Shown here: one piece after another, positions 50,401 through 62,800 of the stretch
How the letters are laid out: each line of letters opens with the position of its first letter
Position numbering within the stretch: position 1 is the stretch's first letter
NCBI RefSeq assembly: GCF_001194135.2
Contig: NC_068993.1
Span: 52,612,259 to 52,676,258 of the forward strand
Direction: 5' to 3'
Origin: Octopus bimaculoides
Lineage: Eukaryota
Length of the DNA: 64,000 nucleotides
The notes under the pieces: generated by a model
Told to the model about the DNA's origin: nothing
What the model saw: only the letters and a program-made list of their open reading frames with translations
Database searches by the model: none
Made by a program: the position numbers and the translations under genes

Positions 50401-53400
50401 AAGATTCAGCGTGTGGAGTACCCAGAACCTGAAATCATAAAACAAAGAAAGAAACATGCAAACATATTCTTGATGTAGTAAAATGAATAAAAAAAAAACC
50501 GTGGGTTAAACCAGTGCTGCAAAGTTTAATGTTATATTTTGTACGTTTAAAGAAGCACATGTTAGTTTAGGTTAGTTTTGTGTGGCAGTTACCATATAAG
50601 AATTGATGCCATGCTGTTTAGGGTTCGAAGGCAACCAATTACTAAAACCCATTATGAAGTCATCTGAACAAAAAAAAAGGGGGGGGNNNNNNNNNNGGGG
50701 GGTGATTAATGATAATTTAGTTTAAGCTTTTTAATTTTTTATAATAAAATGAACAATAAACAGCAAATGCAAAACAACCAATCCAAGGGAAAAAGGAAAA
50801 AATAATTTTAAATGATTCTATAACAAACTAGGTGTACATTACAAGATTTCGAAACATCGGTAGAATTTAAGTAAATTACTTTTTAACGTGAAACTCGAAG
50901 TAGATATAGCTATAAATAGAATGCAGAATATCGGGTTCAAAACCACTTGGGTAGAGAAAACGTTGAAGGCTGTCCGTTGGGTACGAATCCACATCTGTGG
51001 ATATGGCGGGTGTACTAATCGTTATACCAAAGCAACGCTTCGAAGTTTCTCCATTAGAGCTTTGTTCTCACTAGTGAAAATTGTAAGATGTTTACATTAC
51101 AAGAATTTCGAAACTTCGAGAGAACTGAAGGATAAATTACATTTTTATGGTGAAACTCGAAATTAAAGCTATGAATAATAGCGTGTTGAAGACTAAAAAA
51201 ACCCTTTAGATGGGAAAAAAGTCGAAGGCTGTTCGGAGTTTGTTTTATGCAAGGGTTCTTTTTCTTTTTTATTCCATACGCAATATTATATATGTTGTTA
51301 TTTATAGCTTTATCTACTTAGTGTTCCACCGTAAAGATTAGTTTATTTTAATTTAATAAACTATATGTCGAAAAATGTTATTTCTTCCTTACACGATACT
51401 TGGGACGACTTTGACAAAATGTGAGGTGTATTCCGAAAAAATTTCGTCCATGAGCGCCACCCTAGTATTATGCATTTGGAGTGCCATTTAACAAGGAAAA
51501 AATTTAGTTCGCCGAAAGAGAGGTAGAGATAGTGGAGGAAGAAAGTTACAGTAAATAGGACATCCATTTAGGATCAAATTAACTGCAATCTATGAATTCT
51601 GAAAATATGATACCTTTGCAAAGCATCTTCTCAACTATGAAGTACCCAGATATTCCACTTGGTAAGAAGTAAAAATATTTTAAGCAAAATTGCAGGTACA
51701 CCAATCCTTGGCAGCGCTCACTTTCGATCCAAACAATTGTTAGATTGTAACTACTGTGCACCCCCGACCACTGCATCTTTGAGTGTTTTTTTCTTTCTTT
51801 TATCTCACATCTCCTGCACAATGTTCATGGTTTCAACCCCCTGGTAGGATCTCGAAACGGTTGCTGAATATATCTGTAAAATGCCACAAAACTTACCGTA
51901 GAATAAACCTTTTGGAAGATGATGCAAACTGGAACAGTACCTGGGGAGAGTTTTCAGTCTTGCATTCTTCAAGCAATATGAGGAATCTTTACAATCATTA
52001 TATACGCCTATTCACCGTCCGAATCTCATAAATTTTTGTTTGTATAGCAGAAGATATACCGTACAAGCACAACAAGAAAGAAAAATCCCTCACACGTATA
52101 ATATAACTGTCACTCCGTCGGTTACGACGACGAGGGTTCTAGCTGATCCGATCAACAGAACAGCCTACTCGTGAAATTAACGTGCAAGTGGCCGAGAACT
52201 CCACAAACACGCATATCCTTACCCTAGTTCTCAAGGAGAGTCAGCGTGACACAGAAATGTTGCTAGGCCGGCCCTTTGAATTACAGGTACAGCTCATTTT
52301 TGCCAGCTGAGTGGACTGGAGAACGAGTCGCCGGGCATTGAAATCACGACTTTACGATCTTGAGTCGAATACTCCTTACCACTAAGCCACGCGCCTTCAC
52401 ACGCACAATATACACACAAATATGTATACACAAACACATAGACATTAGCACAAACGTAGGTTTTAACATATACATTCACACGCATATATTAAAGCACACA
52501 TTTATAGAATAAACATGTATACGTGTGTGTGTTTTACTCGTTCAATAAAGCTCGTTCGTAACACTACCTCAATAGCGGTAGGCAAATTGTTATGTACCAC
52601 CATGATGGCTACCTCGGTGTATATTGATACAAGAAATGATTTGTGATGCATAACCTAGCCATTTGCAAGTATTTTCAGGACGCTGTCCAGCCACCCGATT
52701 ATCTACCAATCTGGTGAACACGTAAGACAGAGTTCATACAGATCAATAATCGAGATAAACTGATAATTATGAATGTCCCATCATGCTGTGGGCCATAGAT
52801 AGAATGTTGTCTTGAGCAAAGTTCTAACCCGATGGAAGGTGGAATGTTAAAGCAAATAGAGCTTTTGGAATCTTAGAATAGGGGGGGGAATTCGGTAGTG
52901 GGGGGGAATTCGGTAGTAGTGGGGAAGCTAAAAGAGAAACTAAGCAATAAATAGCACGGAAGGAAGCCGAAAGTAAGAGGTTTGCCAATATTCTACGATG
53001 AATGGGTTAAAAGGTGAAGTGTTTTGAAATTACAAAGCTGTGTACTAGTGTGTCAATTTGAATCGAGATGTCTTTGTGGAGAAATATGTTCGGAATGAGA
53101 GTGACACACTAACATTTAAAGAAAAGATGCTTGGAAATGTTACAACGAGAGTTCGTTAAATGTATAGTAAGTAGAGTTCCTAACCTAGGTAGACCCAATT
53201 GTGGGGCCAAGTTTTAAAGTTAATAGTTATATGGTTGAAAGGGCGATTAAAGTACGAAGGTACGGAGGGCCGCTAGATCATAAGGAATAGTCACTGTGAT
53301 GCTAAAAATATCTGGAGTAGTGTATACTCTAATCTCTCGCATAGTCATTGAAATATCACAGGGAGGTCCCACGCCAAATGATTTGTGTTGCTGTATCACC

Positions 53401-53740
53401 AACTGTTACGAAGGAATAAGGTGATACTCTAGGAAAATGCCCAACTACAATAGAAAGGTAACTTTGGGCATGACTGATTGTATGACATTAGTGTACAGAA
53501 TACGATGTGTGTAGGGAGAAATGATTATTGAATGCAAAGGATGTGCAAAGGTTGCAAAAAGAAAGAAAGAGGCATGCATGTTCTGTTAGATACCTTATGG
53601 CATGGCTGATTGGACATTCACTCCGTTATGACGATGGTACTTTTTGGCGTTTGAGGCAAACCCACAAACATGCACGCGCACAGAGGAATGAGAGAGAGAG
53701 GGGGGAAGACAGAGAGAAAGAGAGGGAGAGGCAGAGAGAA

Positions 53741-53777
<37 letters not shown>

Positions 53778-55738
53778 GAGAGAAAGAGAAAGAAAAGAGA
53801 GAGAAAGAAAAAAGAGAAAGTGAAAGAGAAAGAGAGAAAGAAAAGAGAGAGAAAGTGAAAGAGAGAAAGAGAAAGAGAGAGAGGGAGAGAGAGAGAGAGA
53901 GAGAGAGTAGGTGAGAGAGAGAGAGAGAGAGAGAGAGAAGGAGAAAGAAAGAGCGAGAGAGATTGCGATTGCAATTTATTAATTGAATGATGACATGAAC
54001 ACTTTCCCCTGTCTCCATGCACATAAACAGAAATATGCTTCGGCAAATAAAGAGAAAGAGAGAGAGAGGTGAGGGATGAAAGAAACATGAAAACGTCTAA
54101 TATCAAAAAAGGTAAGCGTCGAGTCAGCAACACCAAAACGGAGGTGCGAAACCCTAATGTTAGCGAGCAAGAATCACTGAACACAATCAGAAGAACGGCA
54201 TGTAACGTAAAAAAATAGCCAACTGCACCGGTAAGAGGACGTGAAGCGTAGTGTATGGAGAATAACGTTTGGTTAAAGAAGCGAAATAGTGGTGGCAGGA
54301 AGGTGCAGAAGCGGGGGGAAAGAGTTAGATGTGGACAGAAGTTATCAGAGAAGATCTAATGAAAGGGGAAAAAAAGTATTTGCAACGAGGAGCTGGGTGT
54401 TATATGGGAAAAGACCTTCCCAACCCACGCATGCATGGTAAAGGGCGTAAAATATTATCTATACCACACATATAAACTTACAGGTAGATATATACACATA
54501 CATACATACATATATACATACATACATGTAGAAACATACATATGCGCACGCGAAAATATATAGATATGCATATATATGTGCATATGTGTGTTCGTATATA
54601 CTGGTAAAAGTTTGTGTATATATATATATTTAGAATAAGGAAATCAGAATGTTAGATTATTATATATATTTTTTATTTACATTTTTTAGCGCTTTCTTCC
54701 GTTATCGATTTCATCAAAAAGTGGTTTAATATTAGATACCTTGGCCTTTTTATATATAAAGAATTTTGTGGGGTTTGCCAAGAAAGGGAGAAGAAAACCT
54801 TTTTCTTTTTGAGAAGGAAGGGGAGGTGAAGAGACGTAGCTTTTGTATTGGTATGGTCAGACTTGTTTGTTTAGTACTTCGTGGCTTTTAAGGTGGGGAA
54901 GGAAAAAGAATTTTCGTATTTGAATTGGTCAAGGTTAAAAGTTAAAAGACCAGATGTGTTTGACTTTCTTCAGTAAAAATTATAATTACATTTCCAGGTC
55001 TTGTTCTTTTGTATTCATTAAAGAATAGTTGTATGGATGTGGTCAACTTTTTTTGATTGAAATTCTAGTTGTTTTCGAAAGAGTGATTCATTGCTGTGTG
55101 AGTGTATAGTGGACTCAAAAATCACTCTTTCGAAAACAACTAGAATTTCAATCAAAAAAAGTTGACCACATCCATCCAACTATTCTTTAATGAATACAAA
55201 AGAACAAGACTGGAAATGCAATTATAATTTTTACTGAAGAAAGTAAAAAACATCTGGTTTTTCAATTAAAACATTGACCAATTCAAATACGAAAATTTCT
55301 TTTCCTTCCCCACCTTAAAAGGCCACTAAGTACTAAACAAACAAATCTGACCATACCAATACAAAATCCATGCTTCTTTAGCTCCCCCTCAGTCTCAAAA
55401 AATGCTTTTTTCTTCTCTTTTGCATGGCAGACCCCGCAAAATTATATATAAAAAGGCCAAGAAATTTAACTTCAAACCTCTTTTTGATAAATCCAATAAC
55501 GGAAGAAAGCGCTAAAAATATACAAATAAAAATATATATATAATCATCCAACATTCTGACTTCCTTAGCGGTTCGGTAAAAGTGACCGATAGAATAAGTA
55601 CTAGGCTTACAAAGAATAAGTCCCGGGGTCGATATGCTCGACTAAAGGCGGTGCTGCAGCATGGCCGCCGTCAAATGACTGAAACAAGTAAGTAAAGAGT
55701 AATATCTGTACACCACTTCAAAAACTCTCTCTCTGATA

Positions 55739-55773
<35 letters not shown>

Positions 55774-56774
55774 GTGTATATATATATATATATTATATAT
55801 CCACGTTCATAATGGTTAATATAGTCATGTGTAACCCTTCTATCTATCATTAACTATCATAATTTAAATAAAAATGAGCGAAGAATGATAAATCAGAGTA
55901 TCCAGTGACGTGTATATGAGCAACATAGATAAATGCAGGTATATCAAATACCATACAACAAATTCTTGAATTCTCGAATCAGCAGCGACAAAACCGCTGT
56001 CCTACCTTAGTGCACTTCTTTGATATAGCTGAATATTCATACACTAGCTCGTTCGTATGTGTTGAAGCGCAGTCGTGGCTGTGTGGTAAGAATTTTGCTT
56101 CCCAACCATAAGACTCCGGGTTCAGTCCCTCTGATGGTATTTTGGGCAGCTGTCTTCTACAACCCCAGGCTGACCAAAGCCTTTTGAGTAGATTTGGTAG
56201 GCAGAAACTGAAGAAAGCTGGTCATATATAAGTGCACGTTTGTGTTTGTCCCCTACCACCGCTTGACCGATGGTTTGTTTACGTCCCCATATCTTAGTGG
56301 TTCAAAGAAACCGATACAATCAGTATCGGGGTTAAAAAAAGTGAATACTGGTGAGGTGTGATTCGTTCGGTTAAATTCCTTCAAGACAGTGCCCTAGCAT
56401 GGCCACAGTACAGGTAATCACATCCTTGATCGTCGTTTTACCTGAGCTCCAACGATATTCTGAGACTGGCTTCACAGTTGTTCCAAAAATCTTGATTTTC
56501 GTTGTGGAATTATGGCGACAAGAAGTTCTTTTAGCGTTTATTTAATAGGATTATGCCAGGGATTCAATCAAGTTTCGTTGTGGTGAAAAAAATTGTTATA
56601 TTGACACTCGTTATAACGGAGTTTCATCTGTATGACTGTATGTGTGTTCACATGCATACACATTTTAAAGTCGTTTATATAGAAATTCACACACACACAA
56701 TACACAAATATATTCACATGTATACACATTTTTACATTGTATTTTCATCTTCAGATATTTAGACAAATACGCAC

Positions 56775-56812
<38 letters not shown>

Positions 56813-59800
56813 NNNNNNNNNNNNNNNNNNNNNNNNNNNNNNNNNNNNNNNNNNNNNNNNNNNNNNNNNNNNNNNNNNNNNNNNNNNNNNNNNNNNNNNN
56901 NNNNNNNNNNNNNNNNNNNNNNNNNNNNNNNNNNNNNNNNNNNNNNNNNNNNNNNNNNNNNNNNNNNNNNNNNNNNNNNNNNNNNNNNNNNNNNNNNNNN
57001 NNNNNNNNNNNNNNNNNNNNNNNNNNNNNNNNNNNNNNNNNNNNNNNNNNNNNNNNNNNNNNNNNNNNNNNNNNNNNNNNNNNNNNNNNNNNNNNNNNNN
57101 NNNNNNNNNNNNNNNNNNNNNNNNNNNNATATATATATATATATATATATAAATAAAATGCCCTGCTCTTAAAGTACACCAAATAAAAAGCCCATTACAT
57201 GCATATGTTTAGAACCAAACACCACTCGAACATACCCTCATCATCTGGGCCTGTACTATTTGCTCGTTGGTATCATTTCCGTCAGTATCCCATTGAAAAA
57301 TTTCTAGAGAGTTCTCCCTCTCCATTTCCGATGTTGGGGGTGGCACGTGTTCGAAAGACACATGGACGGGGCAGCGGTGAGTCAACCGCTCCACCCAGCT
57401 GCAACACGAGGCTATGCCACAATTATTTTTCATTAACGAATGAAACTGTCAAGAAGAAAAGGACAAATATATATATATATAAAAGAAGGTCCCAGATGGT
57501 TAGAGACACCGTCGGAAATAGGGGTTCAGAAATTGACACTGTTCCTATGGGATGAGGGACTGGAAGTGATTTGTCTATTGTGCAGAATACAAGGGGAAAA
57601 ATAACCTGAGAAAAGCTAGCAACTTTTATAACGCTGAAGTCCAGACATAACAGAACCGAAAAGTATGTTTAGTAATTTTGTAAAATATTTGCTTTCTATT
57701 AGAAAACCTTTTTTTTATATATAAATGTTAGTTGGAAGGCAAATTACTAGTGCATGACTGTTAAAGGTTGAGAATTATCTATTAATCTTTATTCGCTGTT
57801 GCCAAATGCAAATGTCTTACTTTAAAGTTGTGATTAATAAATAGTATACTGTAATATCTAAAATGCCTTTGATAAAACCCTTGATTCAGATAGAAGTGAT
57901 AACAAATTTCATGTAACGTAGGGTACTATTCCAGTTGGCATCACATCACAGTTTCTAGTGAGTTGTTAAATAAGATGCAATTATTTCTTTTCCAAAAGAA
58001 AATGGCAAACAAATAGAATCAAAGATCGATTTCAGCTCGAATATTTTTCTTTATCTAGTCACAATACACAGTTCGAGCAGATTGTATTAAATAAAAAAAG
58101 GCAATCAAAATTAGAAAAATAAATAAAACGAGGTATATATGACGTTCACAAAGAAATCACTTACATTCTGACATATCGACAAGAACATGCTCTGATGGCG
58201 ACTGATGTCTCCTTTATTTGTGTTATTAATCAGTGTTAAAATGGCGTCATCATGGCGTTTATCTTGTTCGTAAGTATCACATTGCACACAAAGTCTTTTA
58301 TCTTCTAGCTGTCGGAGTTCTTTTAGGACGGACCCCAAATTCAAATCTGTAAAGAATAAATATAAGCCATTATAAATTTGAGACACAAAATAAAACGTCT
58401 CTGCCAAAAGGTTACTTATCCAATTCGATGTCATTCCAATATGTGTGCATGTAATCTGATCAACCAAATATATTACTGGTATTAGACTGAACTACTAGAA
58501 AGATTTCAAGTTTTATGCAGAACCACGAAGCTTTATCGTAATGAATTTTTCCCACTACTTCCTTGTCAAATAAAATTAAACGTAGAAATCTCGATCTAGA
58601 TGTGGAAGTTTTGACAAGTGATTTGCATCTCACGCTTGCGAAAGTTTTGCTAATGTCAAAGTCAACAACACTGATTTTCAAATCTACCGTGTGTGAGTGT
58701 ATATGTGTATGTAATATAGGAATTTAAGTCTCTGGGAGATCTGGTTTTACGAGAGCTGTGGTAGTTGTAATTATGAAAGGAGAGATGGAGATTTAAGATG
58801 TTAGAGAAAGTTATCAACGGGTACCTCCATCATTGAACTATTAGATGTAAGAGAGTTGGTAGGGTCTAAGGGATTGGCTTTGTTGGAGTTGTACAAACTG
58901 CTGTGCATTTTCAATGATTGGAATATATTCCTATAGAGAAAGAAAAATTAAAGAGTTTAATGGGGTTTGAGGCTAGTAATAGAGAGCATTGTTAGAGATT
59001 AATGAAAGAGACATCGTTAGGAACGGTGGCTTAGATGCATTCAACTGACAGGAGGTAATTTTGCAATCGCTTTCTAAGGCTGCTTGATGGAGTGGAAGAA
59101 GGGCGGAAGTAATTTGGGAAAAGAGTTTCTCAATGTAGACTGAGTGGACTTGGGTGCAAAGCGGGTTGCGAATGTGGGCGCTTCCTCCGCAAAAGTATTT
59201 CATGATTGTGAAGTCGCTGAAAAAAGGATTTAGCAATGGTTGGTAGCGATCTTTGTGACAAGAATCAAAAATTGGTTGTAGTTTGGGAGGCAGGAGAGAT
59301 TGTGGGTTGTATGAGGCACGGAGGTAACTTTCATGCTTTGGATAATCTTCCGAGAGTTGCGGCACATGTTAAAGTCATCCAGTTTGTATGGATGGACGAT
59401 TCTGTGTGTAGGGGAGAGAGAGAGAGAACAAACTGCCATATGTCACTCCTACGAGCGTCAATGATTATGGATCTTCATCCACTTCTGTCCCACGGCAACT
59501 TATTGGGCGGGTCTTCCCAATTGTTATGAAGTATTCAAGGCTTATATGGTTTCCAATGAACTTCACTGGTTGCCTTAACTGCTAAGTTTTCCTACTTTCC
59601 TAAGTGATTTCAATGTTTGTCTGTCAGTTTGTGTATCTTAAGCAATTATCTTAACAACATCTCTGCAGCACTGGTAGCCATTTGTACGTGCTTGCTAATG
59701 TTCCAAGTCAGACAGCCCTATGTAACGATAGGTTCTATGTATGTTCCTTTCTCTCTCTCTCTCTCTCACCGATGGCTGCTTATTTGACAATGCGCTTCAT

Positions 59801-62800
59801 CTCGCTGAGATCAGACTTGGATCGTCCAAGACAAGTTAGCAATTTTTACAAGAATCGTTATGCTAACAGTAAACTATTCTCACGACACATATAAAGAAAA
59901 ATGGTTTCGTAACACAAGCACAATTTAAATCGTCTAAACGAATTGCAAAGAAGGCGAAAGCAAACATCGAAGGAATGATTGATAAAGAATGTATAAATTT
60001 CTGTTGCATGTTTAGGAAAACAAGTATCAGATTGTTTGAGAATGTTGGTTTATAAGACAGGACAGGTTGAGAGTATAAAAGATATTGGTAAGTATGTGTG
60101 TCGTAGAAACAAGTAGAATCAGAATTTTTTTTTTTTTTTTTATTCAATAGCTATGGAGGAGGCATATAAAAAAATCTAGTACAGTTGTTTATAATTGGAT
60201 ATTATTTTGATATCCAGATTTAATGGTTCATCTATTCAGGAATCATACAAATCCGAAGCATAAACTGAAAATTTTCCACTTTTGAAGAAATCACAAATTG
60301 AAAATCGCATCATTGATTTTTACCATTTAATGGATTGAATAATTTTTCCTCAACACTAAATTTAGCCAATAACAAGTACTAAACTTTGACAACCTTGTTA
60401 NNNNNNNNNNNNNNNNNNNNNNNNNNNNNNNNNNNNNNNNNNNNNNNNNNNNNNNNNNNNNNNNNNNNNNNNNNNNNNNNNNNNNNNNNNNNNNNNNNNN
60501 NNNNNNNNNNNNNNNNNNNNNNNNNNNNNNNNNNNNNNNNNNNNNNNNNNNNNNNNNGCATTTAACTTTCTGATTAATTGATATATCTTTTATCTTTTGT
60601 TTCGGTTATTAGAATGCAGCCTTGCTGAGACCGCTTTGAAGAACTTTTGGTCGAAAAATCGATCTCAGTCCTTTTTTAAACCTGGTACTTATTCTGTCGG
60701 TTTTTTGACGAAGAGTTAAATTACGGGGACTTAAACAAAACCACACCGGTTGTCAAGCGGTGGCGGAGTACGAACACAAAGACACAAACACACACACACA
60801 CACACACACACGTGTGTTTGGATTCTTTCAGTTTCTGTCTACCAAACCCACTCACAAAATTATGGTCTGCTGGAGGCTGTAGAAGACATTTGCCTAAGGT
60901 GCCGTGTAATGGGACTGAAACCGGGACGATGTGGTTGGGAAGCAAACGTCTTAACACACAGCTACGCCTGCGCAGCAGTTTAATTAATGCTGAGTAGCAC
61001 GATTTCGAACATATCTATGAATTTATAAAATTAAGGATCTAAATCTTTCCTTGGTACAAATTTCACCGACCCTCACAGGTTCTTATGAGTTTGGAATTCG
61101 CTCCTGGATTAAAAAGAGCTCCCCTGTCCGATTTAACTTACTTTGAAATATTATTTCACGAATTAAAAAAAAAAATCCAAATCATTAAAACTACATCGCC
61201 CTGTGTCCCCAAAATTTCAGTTAATATATTTCGTATATCTTGTGTTTTCGGTCCAAATCAGTGCTGTAAGCATATTGGGTTCTTGTTTAGACAAAGATGC
61301 AAGGTTTCAATTTTTTTGGTGGGGTGGGGCGGGATTTTGTGACATTATTAGTTTTATAAGTAAAAAGAAAACAGCAAGAACTGGGAATTGAAACGCAATA
61401 GTTATCGATGACTTATGTGTAATACAAAAGCCATGTTATAAGAGAAGCTTTTCATCCATAGATAAGCCTCAATATAAGCAATACTTATTTTATTGACCTG
61501 GGAGAGATAAAAGGAAAAATCGCAAAAAGGGCTTCAATACCTATTCATGTTATGTGTATTCATGTCGTCATATCGATAAACATTAAAATGCATCTACTCT
61601 GTCTTTTTACTGGCCGAATTATTTTGCAAACTATTAACAAGCTAAAGAAATATAAACGGACAACCAAAATTTAAATTATTTCTCAATTTAGCTGAATGTT
61701 AAGCAAAGAAATGTATGGAATCAGAAAGATTATTACTAACCTTTGAAAGTATTTGAAAATAAAATATACTCAAATATCTTCTTGAATCCAACTCGCAACT
61801 GCATTTTTTACCAACGGATTTTAATTACAAATACAATTTCTAATAATGTTAGAATTTAGTTAATAATTACTAAAGAATTTCTGTTAAGTTTTAGTGATTT
61901 GAAAAAAATCCTATGAAAACTATACATATTAGTCTAAAAATGTAATCGACAAAATTGTCTGGTCATAATTTCAGTTACTTTTTCCTCAAAACTGATTAAT
62001 GTGTTTAATGCTTTAAAAATCTCGGGTAAAGCTATCATTTCAATAGCTGTAAGAATATATACAATTGAAACGAGTAAATAGAAAGTGAAAAATTAAGATA
62101 ACCGAATTGAAGACAAAGGTGTTTTTAAAGAAGGCTTTATGACTTTGAATGCGATATGTATTGTAATAAGGAGAGTCCATTACAGTTTAAGAGGGTTTCT
62201 GATTTGACGTCCAAATATTGTCTCTCGACAAACTGTGCGGAGTCAGTTTCGATTCTTGTTGAAAGCCATTTCACTTCACTACCATTGCAAAATCATAAAT
62301 GACGCCAAAATAATCTCGTTCCTCGCACTAAAAATGTAGTTGTGTCATCTAAGGTTGAGAAAAGCGGAATTAATCAGGACAGTTGTCAGTTAACTGGAAG
62401 GCAACCCAGTTCAAATTCCAGCAGGATTAAACAGGAATTTTTCTTTTTCGTGACGGGGATAAAATGCTGAGTTACGGTTTTCTGACGTGAATTCCATCCA
62501 CAACTAGGATACAATTTAAGAATCTTGATCGACCTCGGAAGGATGACAGACAAAGTTAACCTTAGCAGATATGAACTCAAAATACAATGAGCCATAACTA
62601 AATATCACAAAGTTTCTTCGGCTAATCTATCTTGAACTTCAAAAGGATAGACTCTACATTCGTTACTTGCGGACGAGAGAGAGAGAGAGAGAGAGACAGA
62701 GTATCAACATACTATAGGGCGTCCTTTTGCTTAATATTGTCAAAACCATTGCAGATTTCACAGGTGTTCAGAGGTTTTGAATTTATAGATGAGAAAAATG

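Noticed and set aside
51592-51847. Plus-strand 73-aa ORF formed by removing a 34-nt GT-AG segment (51662-51695); a 23-nt GT-AG segment also occurs on the minus strand nearby
   Set aside because: Introns this short are below the usual metazoan minimum, and the peptide has no recognisable homology.
53528-54184. Long ER/LS-repeat ORFs on both strands
   Set aside because: Translations of the (GA)n microsatellite.
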